Counted from the first letter of the stretch, positions 13,796-28,423 are shown. The stretch: DNA of 64,000 nucleotides from Mustelus asterias (GCF_964213995.1 NC_135821.1:73036001-73100000), one strand, 5' to 3'. Made by a program: numbers and translations. The notes: generated by a model not told the origin, from the sequence alone.

Positions 13796-16700
13796 GTAGT
13801 TATGGGGAATAAATGCTGGCCTAGCCAGCAAAGCACCCCCCCCCACCCCATGAATGAATAAAGCTAAATTCTTGCTCATCTGTAGACATTAATCAGATAT
13901 GGAAGAGCACACAATTTATATAGCTTTGTCATTTCATACCGAAGCCTTTCCAAGACTCTGCTATAACCACACACTATTTCATTTGGCTCCTTAAGCAAAA
14001 GCTTTAAAGCACCTTCAGCAATACTTCACCCAATTGCTGATATTGAATAGAAACAAATGGTTCGCTTCACATTTAATCTTTAGTTTACCAAACACCACAT
14101 CTAAATACAAAGTAAAATTCAATGCTGCTGATCAAAGATTAACAATGCTTTGCCCAGGTGATTAAATAGAGACTGCAATCAGCTCAAAGTTCAAGGATAA
14201 CTTTTACAACTCCAACTGTACATATCAATGACCTAAATGCTTCATATTGTATGAGAGAGATCTGGAACCCAGAGTACATAGGAATTGCAGATTTGAGATA
14301 TTATCTTGTAGTGACATAGAATGACACTCTAACAAAAAACACTGCAAGGTTCTGACCCAAATGTGGAAATGCAATTTTAAGAAAAATCATATTTTCTAAT
14401 GCATAAGGCTATACATAGAGCAGGTAAAAAGTGTGAATTTAAACCTCTGCAAGATTTTCTGCACATTTTACACCTCAGGAACTTCCTTGGGACTGATTTA
14501 TGCACCATGTCAGTGAATATATCTCCCATGCATCTTACATTTCACTTCTTCCTGTATCATGCTTTACTTAAAAGTTCAAAAATTCCTGACTGAATGCTTA
14601 AAAATAAGACTGAATATTTGTACATCAACTGAACCGGTTACCACAAACAGTCACCCCGTCAGGGTTTAAAAGAAGAAATGTTGTCCCAAAAGGAGTCTGT
14701 GGCAATTTAACAAGTGTGTAAACTTTCCATTGTTTATCAACAAGGTCAGAACATTTAAGCTTGATTGTTAATTGTGGGTTTTTGAAGAGCTAACATTCTA
14801 CAAGATAATTCAATAATTTGTAATAGGTGATTGAAGAAAAAATACAAGGCATTTTGGTCAATGCTGCTCAGAATCCAAGGATTCCAAGATGGGTCTTCAA
14901 AATAAGTACACTGCTCAGAACAATCACTCATTTCATCCTCTCAATGGCATCTAAGCTCCCCCCCAGTGGCACTAGATATCTTGGTGAGTATACACTGCAG
15001 AATTGTAAAAGCATCCACACCACCATATCCATATTGCAGACAAATGCCATAACTGCCAGTCATACAAAGTCAGTTGTTTTAATTTGCGATGAAGAAAAGT
15101 GAAGTTCCTACAGATGAGCAACCAAAAAGGCATTAAGAAATTTAATTTGCCTAAACACTGAAGGAAGAATTGTCTCCCTCCAGGAGTAAAGGACATGCTG
15201 TCCTCTCCCACGGGCAAACTGCTCATATCAGTATGCAAACAGCACTGAGAAACCACTGCTTTTGATGTTGATAATGATGTCAATGGTCACCCCATTGGCT
15301 TCACAACTGCGGTAACTCAACTATGGAACACAAGAAAGATGTTTGATTTTTGCACACATTTTAAGTTCCTCACTAAAAAAAAATTAACCCCAAAAGGAAT
15401 ATAACACAAAGCCATCAGAAATATGCGCAGCTATCAACAATTTCTTGATGTCCGTTTTGAACATGTCTGTGGGAGGTGCTTTAACAGTGAAAAATCACTC
15501 CCCGACAGTATCACAAATCAAGACCTTTCCAAATATATTCTGCACCAGGCGTGAATAAAATTTCCCTTTGGGTTTGGGAAGTTTATCATGCCTCCTCTTC
15601 TGTAGGCGGTTGGTTTGCTTTGGTGCAGTCCCATGGGTAATGGAAGTAGTGGTACTCTTCTACCTCCCACTAATAACCATATTCCACATGAATAGCCAGC
15701 AAAAATAAACTACCAGACTGAGTTGTCTATTCATCCAGTAGGAATCATTACATACGGCTCAGAAATAATATTCCTTTCCATAGCCCAGGGTTGCCAAAGG
15801 AGGTCGTGAATCTTTGGAATTCTTTACCCTGAATGGCTGCAGATACTCAGTTGATAAGGATATTCAAAGATTGTGACCAATTGATTTTTGGACACGAAAG
15901 GAATCAAGGATTTCAGAAAAGGGCAGGATGGTGAAGCTGATCAGCCACAATCTACTGAATGACAAAGCAAGGGCCAGATGGTCAATTTCTTCTTTTAGGG
16001 TATAGGCACACCATAAAGACTGACTTCACTCCAGAACAATGTTATGGGATTCACTGTATCAGTGTGCAATTCTGCCCCAGTTTGGTAATGTGAGTTCACT
16101 GTGACGTCAAATCAGGTGTTAACTGGGACCTCCTATACTGATGTGGAACGAATTAATGTTAAAGAGAGCAGACCCAACCAGCTCCACCTTCCAAACAGTT
16201 GAAGCTATTTTATATTATTGTTTTTTTAGTACAAGACCTGGCATTTATTACACAGTACCTTTCATGTTCTTGGATATGATAAAGCACCTCATGATGATGA
16301 ACTTATTTGTGAAGTGCAGACACTGTTGTTAGGTAGGTCAATCACTACAGTATGGATGTGCAAGCAGCAATGGGTGGAGTGACCAGTCTATTTATTTTGG
16401 TGGTGTTGAGGCAGGATTGTTGGCCAGGACACTGCGTAACGCACTCCCACAGCTCCCCACCTGGTTTATTCACTTCTACCCGAATAGGATTTAAATGTTG
16501 CACTTGAAAGATGGCACTTCAAACAACGTACCATGCCCAGACTGAAATGTAGGCCTAGACTGCAACCTTAAATCTTGAAGTGGAAGCAGAATTCTCAACT
16601 TCCTGACTTGAAATGTTAAGAGTATTCATTACTGAAGTGCCCATGAATCAACTATTGAAAATTCCATTGTTAAATCAGTCTTGTGCTGGCAAGCGCATAA

Positions 16701-17899
16701 ACACAGGTAAAACTGGTTACACAGGTCTATTACCAGGTTGGAAAAAATAGATCTAACAGAAGGACAAACCACAGAATTGAAAGAAAGGTATGAAATCAGG
16801 CAGATGAAGCAGCTCAGGTCAGCTCATGCATTGTAAACACATGAATGTCTAAAAGAAACATATTCACAATTTGTATTTCAAGTGACACACAACTTTGAGA
16901 CTAGTGCCTGCTTCTGAATAATCCTTTCAAAACATATCCCAGACTCTTCCCCCTCAAATAATTGTCTGAATACTATTGAACAACTGCTTTGAAGCCTAAA
17001 TTATCAAGACAAGTTCGTTCCATTCTTTCAAGCAATTAAAACTTTTGAAGAATGATCCAACAGTGGAGTGGAAATTGGGCAACTGGTTGGAACCTATGAA
17101 CAATAAAAAAAGGAAGTTCAGGGTGGGAGCTGAATGAAAAGTCACGCAGCACTTGAGGATACTTTTATGAAAAGCAGACTAAGAAATTGGGTGGGCAGAA
17201 AACATGAGACTTGCCTCCCAGTCCCAAGGTTACTCTCATTATACTGGCATCCAAAACACCACACACAAACTGTTGCTCCCATTAAAAATTCAGGCCACCA
17301 CCACAATGGCAACAAATAAGACATGGATAACTATGTCGGCCTTGAAAACTACTACAACAACCCAGTCCTATTTTCTCAAACCACTTCTGCACACCAAAAT
17401 ATTTCCGGTCGCACGACAATTGACTTTTACAGTGCAATTGTATCACCCAAACATTTCAACTATTTGGCCTCAGTTCAAACACGACTTGCAATGTTGTAGA
17501 AAAATGCTTTGTGAAAGGGCAAAGTATTAATTTTATTCAAATGTTCCTTAAAAAAGTTAATGGAGTGATCCAACCTTGGAAATAAACTGATTCTGCATTA
17601 GGAATTAAACTAACTTTAAACCAGGATTGCATTAGGCTACAGGGATACATCAGTCCCAGTAAGCGCCAAACGACTGGACCAAATGTGCACCAAAATCAGA
17701 CCATGAAAGAAAATCTGTTTCCTCATTTGATTGGTTGCCCTGGTCTTTGCCAATCCTGTAACCAGCAGAAGAGCTCCCAAAATGTTAAAAACACTGGCCT
17801 TAACCGTCAGTCCAATTCTGACTGATCAGGAGAAAACAGGGCATAGAAATACAAAGCCATTAGTACACATACTACAATTCAAACTCCACAGCTATAATT

Positions 17900-18485
17900 T
17901 TTATTCATTTGTGGGACTTGGGCATCGCTGGCTGGCCAGCATTATTTGCCCATCCCTAGTTGCCCTTGTTCTGAGGGCAGTTGAAAGTCAACCACATTGC
18001 CGTCGCTCTGGAGTCACATGTAGCCATGATGTGGAGATGCCAGCGTTGGACTGGGGTAAGCACAGTAAGAAGTCTCACAACACCAGGTTAAAGTCCAACA
18101 GTTTTATTTGGTAGCACAAGCTTTCGGAGCGTAGCTCCTTCTTCAGGTGAGGAAGGAGACCCCGAGAAGAAGGAGCAACGCTCCAAAAGCTTGTGCTACC
18201 AAATAAACCTGTTGGACTTTAACCTGGTGTTGTGTCACATGTAGGCCAGACCAGGTAAGGACAGCAGACTTCCTTCCCTAAAGGACATTAGTGAACCAGA
18301 CGGGTTTTTCCAACAATCAACAATGATGTCAAGGTCATCAGTAAATTCTTAATTCCAGATATTTTTTATTGAATTCAAATTCCACCTTCTGCGGTGGTGG
18401 GATTTGAACCCGAGTCCCCAGAACATTAGCTGCGTTTCTGGATTAATAGTCTAGCGATAATACCACTGGGCCATCGCCTCCCCTA
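17900..18485 (-). mobile_element. Shark SINE with LINE-derived tail, host of the 18024-18233 insertion
   Basis: Homologous, in inverse orientation, to 50890-51165, 55525-55700 and ~310-420. Confidence 0.7.
18024..18233 (-). mobile_element. Palindromic Penelope-end insertion (family A)
   Basis: Two inverted copies of the same terminus as 31430-31569. TSD GTCACATGTAG at 18013-18023 and 18234-18244. Confidence 0.85.
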
Positions 18486-18874
18486 CAAAAGCTACAATCA
18501 ACTAAACTTTAAAATAAAATCCTGAAAAGGCTTAGTTGACCCTGGAAGGCCTGTCATGGTGCTGTAACATTCCACCATGCTGAGAATTTTCCACTGCACA
18601 GTGTAATTGTCAGATTCTCTTCCTCCACAGGGTTAGTGACTGCAGTATGTTACAATGGATCTAAAATTCCAAAATTAGGTACCTAATCTCTAAAGCAACC
18701 CTTTCTATATCGGTGCAGGAAATGAGTATTGTCCCCCAAAGCCTGCACACAACCACCTACATTTATGTAAGCACCTTCTGTAACAAAATAAAATATTCAA
18801 ATCGTCATTTGGTCGCATATTGTTGGAAAAGGGCATTTTGTTGAAGCTTTTTCATTTTACACTCATCAGGACAA

Positions 18875-20980
18875 TCAAAATAGTACCAATGTCAGGAGAA
18901 ACAAGAATTATTCCCAATGAATCCACCACGAACCAGCAACCACTGAAGATGCTGAATCCTTGAAAGTGCACCTAGCTGATTTAGCACACACACTGAGTGA
19001 TTCCGAATGACCTTGTGAATGATTTTTACATGCAACATAAATGTCTTACAGAGTTGCGGGACCTTAAGACCAACCCGAACATACACATTGGTAAACCTGA
19101 CAAAAGGGATGGGAATATTCATTTTAACGAGTGTAACTATATGAACAAAATGCAAGCCAAGACAGGCCCAAATTTGTATCCACTGGACCTACTGCTCAAC
19201 ATGCCTGGACAGCCCTGCTTGAAAGGAAGCTCAAAACAAATGCTGCTGGACTCATGCAAGATGGATCAGTTGCTGCGTGATATATATCACAGGGTTCATC
19301 CTCACAGCTCGCTGCATCCACATACGTATGGGCTGCCCAAGACATACAAAACTGATGTCTCTTTACGCCCTATCTTATGAAATAGAAATAGAAATAGAAA
19401 CCCTACAGTGCAGAAGGAGGCCATTCGGCCCATCGAGTCTGCACCGACCACAATCCCACCCAGGCCCTACCCCCACATATTTTACCCGCTAATCCCTCTA
19501 ACCTACACATCCCAGGACTCTAAGGGGCAATTTTTAAACCTGGCCAATCAACCTAACCCGCACATCTTTGGACTGTGGGAGGAAACCGGAGCACCCGGAG
19601 GAAACCCACGCAGACACGAGGAGAATGTGCAAACTCCACACAGACAGTGACCCGAGCCGGGAATCGAACCCAGGACCCTGGAGCTGTGAAGCAGCAGTGC
19701 TAACCACTGTGCTACCGTGCCGCCCTATGGCTATTATCTATGGCTAGTTCTGCACAGCATGAATTGGTCAAATGGTTCAGCGAATTGTTACAACCAGTTT
19801 TGAGAAAGTTTTCCAGATATACAATAAAGGATTCTTTCACATTTGCAAAGACCACACAGGACTTGCATGTGCTCAGTTGGTATTGCAAGTCTATTCACTA
19901 GTGTCCCACTTAAGGGAACCAGATATTTGCGCTGAGTGCTATATCATGGCAATCAAGACCCGCCACCACTGCGCAAATCACAACTCATTGAGCTTATGAA
20001 CTCAGCAACTCGTGCACTTGAGATCAGCTTTAATGACACCATGTATGCCCAAACAGATGGTGTTGCCATGGAAGTCCTTCTAGGCCGTGCAACATCTCGC
20101 AAACATCTTTGTTGGGTTCCATGAGAAATGTCCTTGATAGAATGACACCTAACTTCCTACATATTGCATATTTCCAAGATGTGGATGATACCTTTGCTAT
20201 ATTTAAATCGTAGCAGCATGTAATAATTTCCTTGCATATCTTAATGGGCTCCAGCCTGCCTTCAAATTCACCTTTAAAATGAAGCAGTCAAATGAAACTC
20301 CCCTTCCTTGATGTACTAGTTGAGAAAACTGCCAGGGGTTCTTTACCACAGTCTACTGCTAGCCTACCTTCACTTGTCAATATCCGTATTGGGATTCTTG
20401 CAGTTCTATGCACTGTAAGACTGGCCTCAGCAGCAACTACCAGCAAACTGGTAGTAAGTTGGAGAGTGGACAAAACATCACAGAGCTGCCCTATTTGATA
20501 GGGCCCTGGCCATTTGCTCACCATGCAAGTTTGATGCTGAAATAGGATGCATTGAAGACATCCAGCGGGATAATGGCTACCTTGATCATGTCATTTCATT
20601 AACTCATGTACAGGTCTAAGGCCATCACCTTTGGTCCTGAAAAGTGCCCAATCCACCTCAGATTACCATGGAAGGGCAAGGTCTCTCAAAAATGTGAGCA
20701 AAGGTGAAGCTATCTGTTTCACACTACTATGCAGTAGCAAAACAAGTGGTCTTCGCCAAACAGGATGCTGCCATCAAGCCAAAAAGGCATCCTGCCTACC
20801 ACACAAATGTGCTAGTGTGATGCTAGGTATGTAGGCCAAATGTCCCAAAGACTGGTGGATCGCATCAAACAGCCTCTCTTCCACTGTTTGCAACTGGCAA
20901 GGTACAGCTGTACCCAACCAGCCAGCACTAGCAAAACTCAAATTAGTGCCCAACATTAGATGTGATTCAGCGATTGTACT
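18875..20980 (+). mobile_element. Old, degraded Penelope-like RT element, interrupted by a SINE
   Basis: Fragments KPDK, YGLPKTYKTDVSLRPIL, FNDTMYAQTDGVAM and LPFLDVLVEK lie in different frames. Confidence 0.8.
19379..19725 (-). mobile_element. V-SINE (HE1-like), full length
   Basis: Complete head, core and CR1-like tail ending in (TTTCTA)n. Confidence 0.92.
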
Positions 20981-21059
20981 TTGACAAAATGTCTTTTTAC
21001 AGCAAAACTAAAGCAAAATAGCCCAAGGAATACCATCAACCAAACTTTTACATCTAGCT

Positions 21060-21625
21060 AGATGACCAACAGCTTGAGTGTCTTAAAGTGGAGAGTAGGA
21101 TGGACTGAGGGATTCAGGGAAGGAATTCCAAAGATGAGGGACAAAGAAGCAAAAGGCCCAAAGCTAAAGAAAGGCAAGGGCGCACAACAGGCCAGAATTG
21201 GAGGAGCTCATAGACCTTGGAAGTTTGTAGGAATTGAGGAAATTAGAGATAGGGATGGGTGAGGCCATGATGGGATGAATTTGAAAAGAAGGATAAGAAT
21301 TTTCAAATCAAGGGATTGCCAGGCCGGGAGCCAGACTAGGTCAGAGAACACAGTGGCAATGGTTGAATGCGACTTGGTGCAAGTTCGGATACAGGCAGCA
21401 CTGATTTGAATAAACTCAAGTCTATGAAGGGTGCCCGGTGATAAGCTTGGAGAGAATTGGGGCAATTGAATTGAAAAGTAGCAAGGCATGAAGGTTTCAG
21501 CAGTGGAAGAGAGAGACAGACAGTGTCATGACAGAGGTGGAAGTAGGTGGCCTTGGTGATGGAAAGGACATGGGGTTGGATCTCGGCTCACATTCAAATA
21601 GGGTGCCAGGGTTGTGAAGAGTTTG
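21060..21625 (-). mobile_element. L2-type LINE fragment
   Basis: Encodes RLEFIQISAA...LVWLP...KILILLFK, an L2 ORF2 C-terminus. A similar fragment lies at ~50420-50890. Confidence 0.7.
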
Positions 21626-22692
21626 AAATCAAAACAAAAAATGCTGGAAATACGAAGTCTGGTAGCTTCTGTAGAGAGAAAGAGTTGATGATCAATCTGA
21701 GATGCTAATTCTGCTTCTCTCTTCCAGATGCTGCTAATCTTACTGATATATTGCGCTTGGTTTACATTTCCAGTTTCGAGCATCTGCAGAATGTTGTTTT
21801 TGTGAACAGTATGTTGCAGCCACAGGCAGTGGCCAGGAGGAGTTGGTGGTTTCGGGAATGGAGTTCAGAGATGGGGGCAAAGACGGTCTTCCCAACATGT
21901 AACTGGAGGAAAAGCTTTACTCATCCAATACTGCATATCAGCAGAGCAGCCTGACAAATCAGAGTGTGGAGGGTTGAGAGGTCGTTTATACAGTAGAGCC
22001 AGTTTATTTAGCATACATGTGAAACCTGAAATTGTCTTTCTGGGTGTTGGTGCAGAGGAGGAGTGCGCAGTTGAGAATCAAGGTTTGTTAAATTTTCTAG
22101 TTGGGGGGGTGATGGTGGTCAAACAGCTCACACAAATAGGGCAGCTCTGTTGATGTTTTGTCCACTCTCCAGCTTACTACCAGTTTCTCTTCTACTACAA
22201 TTAACCAGCTCAGCACACGAGCACAGACCTCCCTTATCTGTCTGGTTCAGTGCCACACCTGGTGGCACTTGCACTAAATGAAACACTAAGTTCCAAAAAA
22301 CCAATTTTTTGAAATCACATATTTGAAAAATGAGTCACTGGCAGCAGGAGAGTTTTTTTAAGGTCCAACCACCATGTCAGAAGACAAAAAGCATGCCAAC
22401 TCTTTCAGATAACTGGAAAAAATAATTTTACGTGCACCGTGTAATTTGTGTGAAATGAATTTTACAGTAAAATAGCCAATACAGCAGCAGAAAAATCAAA
22501 GACTGTAATAAAGTCACAAAATACAAGTTGATCCAGCTTACTAACTTACTAAGATCAATAATAAAATTGCTGCTCATGGTCTTTCTGCGGGACAATATTT
22601 TGTCTGGACAGAGATTTAGCAGTAGCATCTATTGCAAAGCCCATACAGTATGCCATTGCTTCCAACCCTGCCCCCCCCACTCCCCATTTTCA

Positions 22693-22806
<114 letters not shown>

Positions 22807-23687
22807 TCAAGGCAAACACAGACTTTATACATGAGAAATTTTACAAAGGAAACTCCTCTTAAAAAAAAACATTGACTAGCAACATAATCTAAAAATACGG
22901 CGACTGGATTAATGGGACATTCAAAATGGGAATTCATAAAGTTGTAATTTCTACTGCATTTAAAAATAAAAATCACTAGGAAAAAGGCACTGCTCCACTG
23001 AAGACTAATTACTTGAGTATCCTGAGTCAGTCAGGGAGGCTTTCAGACAGCCCAAAGTCACAATGGACATTTTGGCAAACAAGCAGTTATAGAAATTTGC
23101 TCTCCGCAGCCATCTTGTTTGCCCTGCAGCTGGTGGGAGACAGCCAATCTATCGCCAGGCCTCTGCCACTCTGAGCTCATGAGTGCAGTCATGCCACAGC
23201 CTGTATTTCTGATTTGTTGCTCAATCCTGGAGAGCTATCTGGTCTCTGGTGACTCCACAAATCAATCCCCAAACCAGAAAGTTGGCACACAAAACAAGCA
23301 ACCAAAACCGAAAATGCTGGAAAATCTCAGCAGGTCTGAAGGCGCCTGTGGAGAGAGGACACAGCTAACGTTTCAAGTCTGGATGACTCTTCGTCATAGC
23401 TGGCACATCTGTTTCTTATTATGGAGTTGCTGGCGCAGATAGCATATAAAAACTGATCACTGCATTAAGGCAGAAATTTAATCTAAAATGGTTTGGTTGT
23501 GCAATTGTTATTTCAAATTTGTTTTCATCACAACTGTGCCACCTTGAGGTTACACCGCAAAGAGCTTACAATCAAAACAAAATTCAACTGGAGAATAACT
23601 ATTCATATTTCAGTTAGTTGATGAGTGTAAAACAGACAAGACTGATATTGATTACTAATTGTGTGCGTGTATTAAGCAAAAGGAACA

Positions 23688-24110
23688 ACTTGCATTTAGA
23701 AAACCCATTTCATGATTTCAGGACAATTGCAAATGCTTTACAGCCAATGAAATAGCTTTGGAGTGAAGTCATTTTCTAATGTGGGAAACATCACAGCCCA
23801 GTTGAACGCAGCAAGTTTCCACAAGTAGCAATGATCAACCGGATGCCTGAAATATTGCTCAGGACAGCAGCGGAAACCAATTGGCCTTCTTCAAACCAGT
23901 GCCATTGCATCTTGAGCACCTACTCGGGATGGCAGAACGGGCCTCATTTTAATAGTTTATCTGAGAGATGGCACCTTCGATACTGCAACAGTCTCTCAGT
24001 ACTTTAACAGAGTGTCAGCCTAAATCATGCTCACATCTCTGGAAGGGGACTTAATCGACAACATGGACTGAGTGAGCGACGAGCACGACCATCTGAGCCA
24101 AAGCTGACAT
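23688..24110 (-). mobile_element. Old Deu-SINE (SacSINE1-like)
   Basis: Motif cagccaatgaa...gcagcaag...cacaa..agcaatga...agatggcacct. Related copies at ~9845-10230, 16240-16640, 56740-57030 and 63225-63655. The family name is from memory. Confidence 0.6.
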
Positions 24111-24842
24111 GAAAGTATTGTGAGCGCCTCCACTCCCCATGGTCACAGGAATAGCTTACCCAATACTCTCCTCCAGCTAAGCTGAGGTAGTTTAGAATGA
24201 GGCTCCTGAGAAGCTTAGCGCATTTTATCTGGGATCAGGTTCTTGATAGAAACAAATTATATTTCTAATGTCTCGTCCAGAAATGAAACTGATCTGTACA
24301 TAGAAGTCTAGTTTCAAAAAGCCAAACGACATCTTCTCATCTCTGGCTATTCATATGTTCTTAAACTTTACGCCTCAGGTAAGTTAGTTGAGAAGAAAAG
24401 CATGAAATGAAAGGCCTGTGTAGGTGATAATAAAGAATACATGCATTAGCAGCAGCAGCAGGTGTGACATGCAATCAGAATACAGCCAAAAGGGCTATCT
24501 TTTTATACTGGTGCACAGCACTTGAATTCAACTATGGAAATAAATGCACCCACTTACAGGGCCAAACAATGCCTGCAAGTCTACGAAGGGCGCTCTAACA
24601 AACATCCATAACAAAGCATAAAGACAGATTTAAAAAAGCCAGGTGCTGTAACTGTGTCATAAAATTGGGCATGTTTGAGTTTCTTTTAATGCAAAAAAGA
24701 TTTCCCAACTGACAACATGTCTTTGATCTGGAAACTATTCTATTTTCTATTGCAGAAAAGGAATTTCATTAAAATTAAGATTTCATTCAGGGGAGGTGGA
24801 GAGTTGAAAATACATTGACTTGGATCTTTCTTTTAAATTTGT

Positions 24843-25440
24843 CCTGGTCCCCCATGCCAACACTATAGTTAAGAAAGCCCACCAACGCCTCTACTTTCTC
24901 AGAAGACTAAGGAAATTTGGCATGTCAGCTACGACTCTCACCAACTTTTACAGATGCTCCTTAGAAAGCATTCTTTCTGGTTGTATCACAGCTTGGTATG
25001 ACTCCTGCTCTGCCCAAGACCGCAAGGAACTACAAAAGGTTGTGAATGTAGCCCAATCCATCACGCAAACGAGCCTCCCATCCATTGGCTCTGTCTACAC
25101 TTCCCACTGCCTCGGCAAAGCAGCCAGCATAATTAAAGACCCCATGCACTCCGGACATTCTCTTTTCCACCTTCTTCCGTCGGGAAAAAGATACAAAAGT
25201 CTAAGGTCACGTATCAACTGACTCAAGAACAGCTTCTTCCCTGCTGCTGTCAGACATTTGACTGGACTTACCTTGCATCAAGTTGATCTTTCTCTATTCC
25301 CTAGTTATGACTGTAACACTACATTCTGCACTCTCTCATTTCCTTCTCTATGAACGGAATGCTTTGACTGTATAGCACGCAAGAAACAATACATTTCACT
25401 GTATGTTAATACATGTGACGATAATAAATTAAATCAAATA
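24843..25440 (+). mobile_element. Rex1/Babar-type LINE 3' fragment
   Basis: Encodes KKAHQRLYFLRRLRKFG...FYRCSLESILSGCITAWY...HSLFHLLPSGKRY, with an aataaa tail. Confidence 0.85.
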
Positions 25441-26559
25441 ATTTAACATAATCTCTTCCACTGTAGCTAACCACCACCTTTCTATTGGACTTTTACACTC
25501 TATAAAGCATTTTGGGACGTCTTGTACATTAAACAGTGTCACATAAATCGGGTTGCTTATTTCAATTCATCCATTAATCTCGCTGCTGTTTGTGGGACAA
25601 ATTACATGCTACGCTCGTCTATAATGCACCTTTGGTTATCCTGAGGTCAAAGGGGTTCTTGTATAAATGCAAGTTCGTTCGATACAAATGGAAATTGCTC
25701 TGTTGCATTGTGCACCATTAGTATCAAGTTTTATGGTTTTGTCTCCCTCAATTTTATCCAGGAAATACCTATTTTTCCCACTCTTCCTGACTGTTGTCGC
25801 ATCTTTCTATTTTCTACACATTTTCAATTTCATGGTGGTTGGCCCAGGCACAGGAATAATTGCTAGTCAATCAGAGACCCTCGGTGAATTTATGTGGTAA
25901 CTGAGTGGCACGAGCTGGAAGATTCCAGGTTTAATGCCCCAGTTTGTCCTGAGCCAATTAACCATAGCCATGTAATGGCATAACGCAAACAACTTAGTCT
26001 TGATAAACCTAATTAATCATGGCTACACACGCGAATGCCTGACTGAAGAATGATCAGTATGATGTTACCCCAATACTGAGCAGTCTGTCAACACACACTG
26101 ACTGGTGTGAAGGATAGATTCCTGCACAAGGCACTGGAGAGCAACTAGTACCAAAGACCTAGACTTCATTTTAAATCATTACTTTGGGAAAATGCAGATT
26201 CCAAATGACACCTTCTATTCCACTTCCCCTATTCCATCAGTAAAATGTAATCCAGTTAACATCTAAAAACCACACACTATAATCAACCACCATTGTAAAG
26301 GGCCAGTCCCGGAAATCGACTAGTAATACATGTTAATACAAATTAGTGTTTGAAGAGGCAGTTTCCTCAATTTCAGGGAGACCAAACACAGACTGGGTAA
26401 GTGCTTTCCTGATCACCTCCTTTCAGTCTGCAAGTGCAACCAGAGTTTCTACCTGCTCACTAATGAATTGTCCATCCCACTCTCAATCTAAGTCTCCTAC
26501 ATGGTTCCAATAATGCAAGCAACAGCAGCTCAACTTTCTTCAGGGTGCTTTACAACCTT

Positions 26560-27620
26560 AACATGAAGTATTAAGAGGACGTATCGGGAGTAATATATTG
26601 GCATGAACTAAGGATTGGTCAACAGACAGAAAACAGAGTAGGGACAAATGGTTCATTTTTGGGATGGCAGGGTGCAACCTGTAGATCAATATTTTGGCCT
26701 CAACTACTTACAATTGATATCAATGACACAGATTAGGGGACTGAATGTGTATGCTGATGATACCAAGTTAGGTACGAAAGTAAGCTGTGAGATTGCAAAG
26801 TACAGACCCATTGTTTGATTGGGGAACAAGATGGGAGATGGACAACAATCTGGGAGAAGTTTAAAGTCATCTACTTTGGCAGGAAGAAGGAAAAACCAGA
26901 ATAATTTGAGAAAGTGAACAGTGAATAAACATTAGCAATCAGAGGGATTTCGGGAATTCACACACACAAGTCAGAGCAAGTTAACATACAGGTACAACAA
27001 ACAATTAGGAAGACAAATGGTATGAGCTTTTATTACAAGGGGGCTGGAGTACAAGAGTGAGGGAGTCTTGCTTCAATTATGCAGGGCTTTGGCAAGAATA
27101 CTGCGCAGTTCTAATCCTCTTATCCAAGGGAGGATATGCTTACCTTAACAGGGTGTGCAAAAAAAGATTCACCAGATTAATTTCTGGAATGAATATACTT
27201 GCCCTATGAAAGATGAGTAGAATGGACAAATGTCCTCTGGAACTTAGAAGAATGAGAGGTGAACTCACTCAAACCAAAATTCTTCATTAGAGGACTTAGC
27301 AGGGTTGACAGAGAACTTGCATGTCTTGATAAGATAGTTTTAGGATAAAAGTTCAGACATTTAGGACTGAGACAAGGAGAAATTTCTTTGCTCAGAGGAT
27401 TGTAAACCATTGGAATTCTCTTTTCCAAAGTGCAGCAGAGGCTAATTCTACGAGTATGCTCAAGGTTGAGATCAAATAGATTTTTAAGCCGTCAGAGAAT
27501 CAAGAGTCAGGGGAAAGGGCAGGAAAATGGATTCAAGGTTGGAGGTCAGCCATGATCTGGCTGAATGGTTGAGATGGCTCAATGGGCTAAGTAGCCTACT
27601 TCCCCTCATATTTCTTGCAT
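26560..27620 (+). mobile_element. Degraded CR1 LINE
   Basis: Eroded nucleotide similarity to the other CR1 copies (tgctgatgataccaag, agaagaatgagaggtga, cagccatgatct, cctact tail). Confidence 0.75.
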
Positions 27621-28423
27621 TCTTAAAAACCATTTTATCTGGTGTCTGTGAGGAAAGCTGCACCAGTGACTCTGGAAGTGCAGGGGTTGTGGGCTGGTGT
27701 CTGGGGATATCCTATGGGATTGGTTTGGGGGTGTGTGACAGAGGTGTGATTTCTCTTACTTCGGAGGTCTACCTACCTTTCTTTGCCTCATTCCCAGGCA
27801 TCTTCCCTGTTCCCAGATTTTCCCAGCTTCTTTCCCTTTGCTGCTATTCTGCTGGAACCAACTACATTTCCTCTGTCCTCACCTTTTGTTTCTATATTTC
27901 TCTCAATATCACCTCTTTTTGTCCTTCACCATCATCACTTGTGTCACTCTGGACCTTCCACCTTATCATAAACTTCTCCCTTCTTGTTCATTTCCTCCCT
28001 TTCTCCCGTGGCTCTGTACTAGCTTTAGAGTTGTTCCCTCGCTAATGTTCTGAAAGAAGGTCATCAAGCTGAAACAAACTTTTTTTGCCACAAATGTTGC
28101 CTGACCTTTCCAGCATTTTCTGGTTTTATTTTTTAACATCAGGCTTGGATAAGCTGGGTCCCTCATGCAATTTTGACAAGAGGAACAATGTGACAAGATA
28201 TGCACGAAAACACCGATCAAGGCCAATGATTAACGGTGAAAAAAAAAATGTTTGTTAGACCACATTTTGGAAAGCAAATTCTACTTTCGACATTTTCATG
28301 AAAACCACACAATCCTCTTGTGAAACAAACGCACAAGTGCTATCAGAAAAGATAGAAACCCATTTGATTTAATCTACAATCTGCAGACAACAGAAATGAT
28401 ATGAACTGGGTGAAATACAAGTT

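Noticed and set aside
27527-28045. 172-aa hydrophobic ORF
   Set aside because: It spans a CR1 tail and pyrimidine-rich sequence, so the composition is an artefact.
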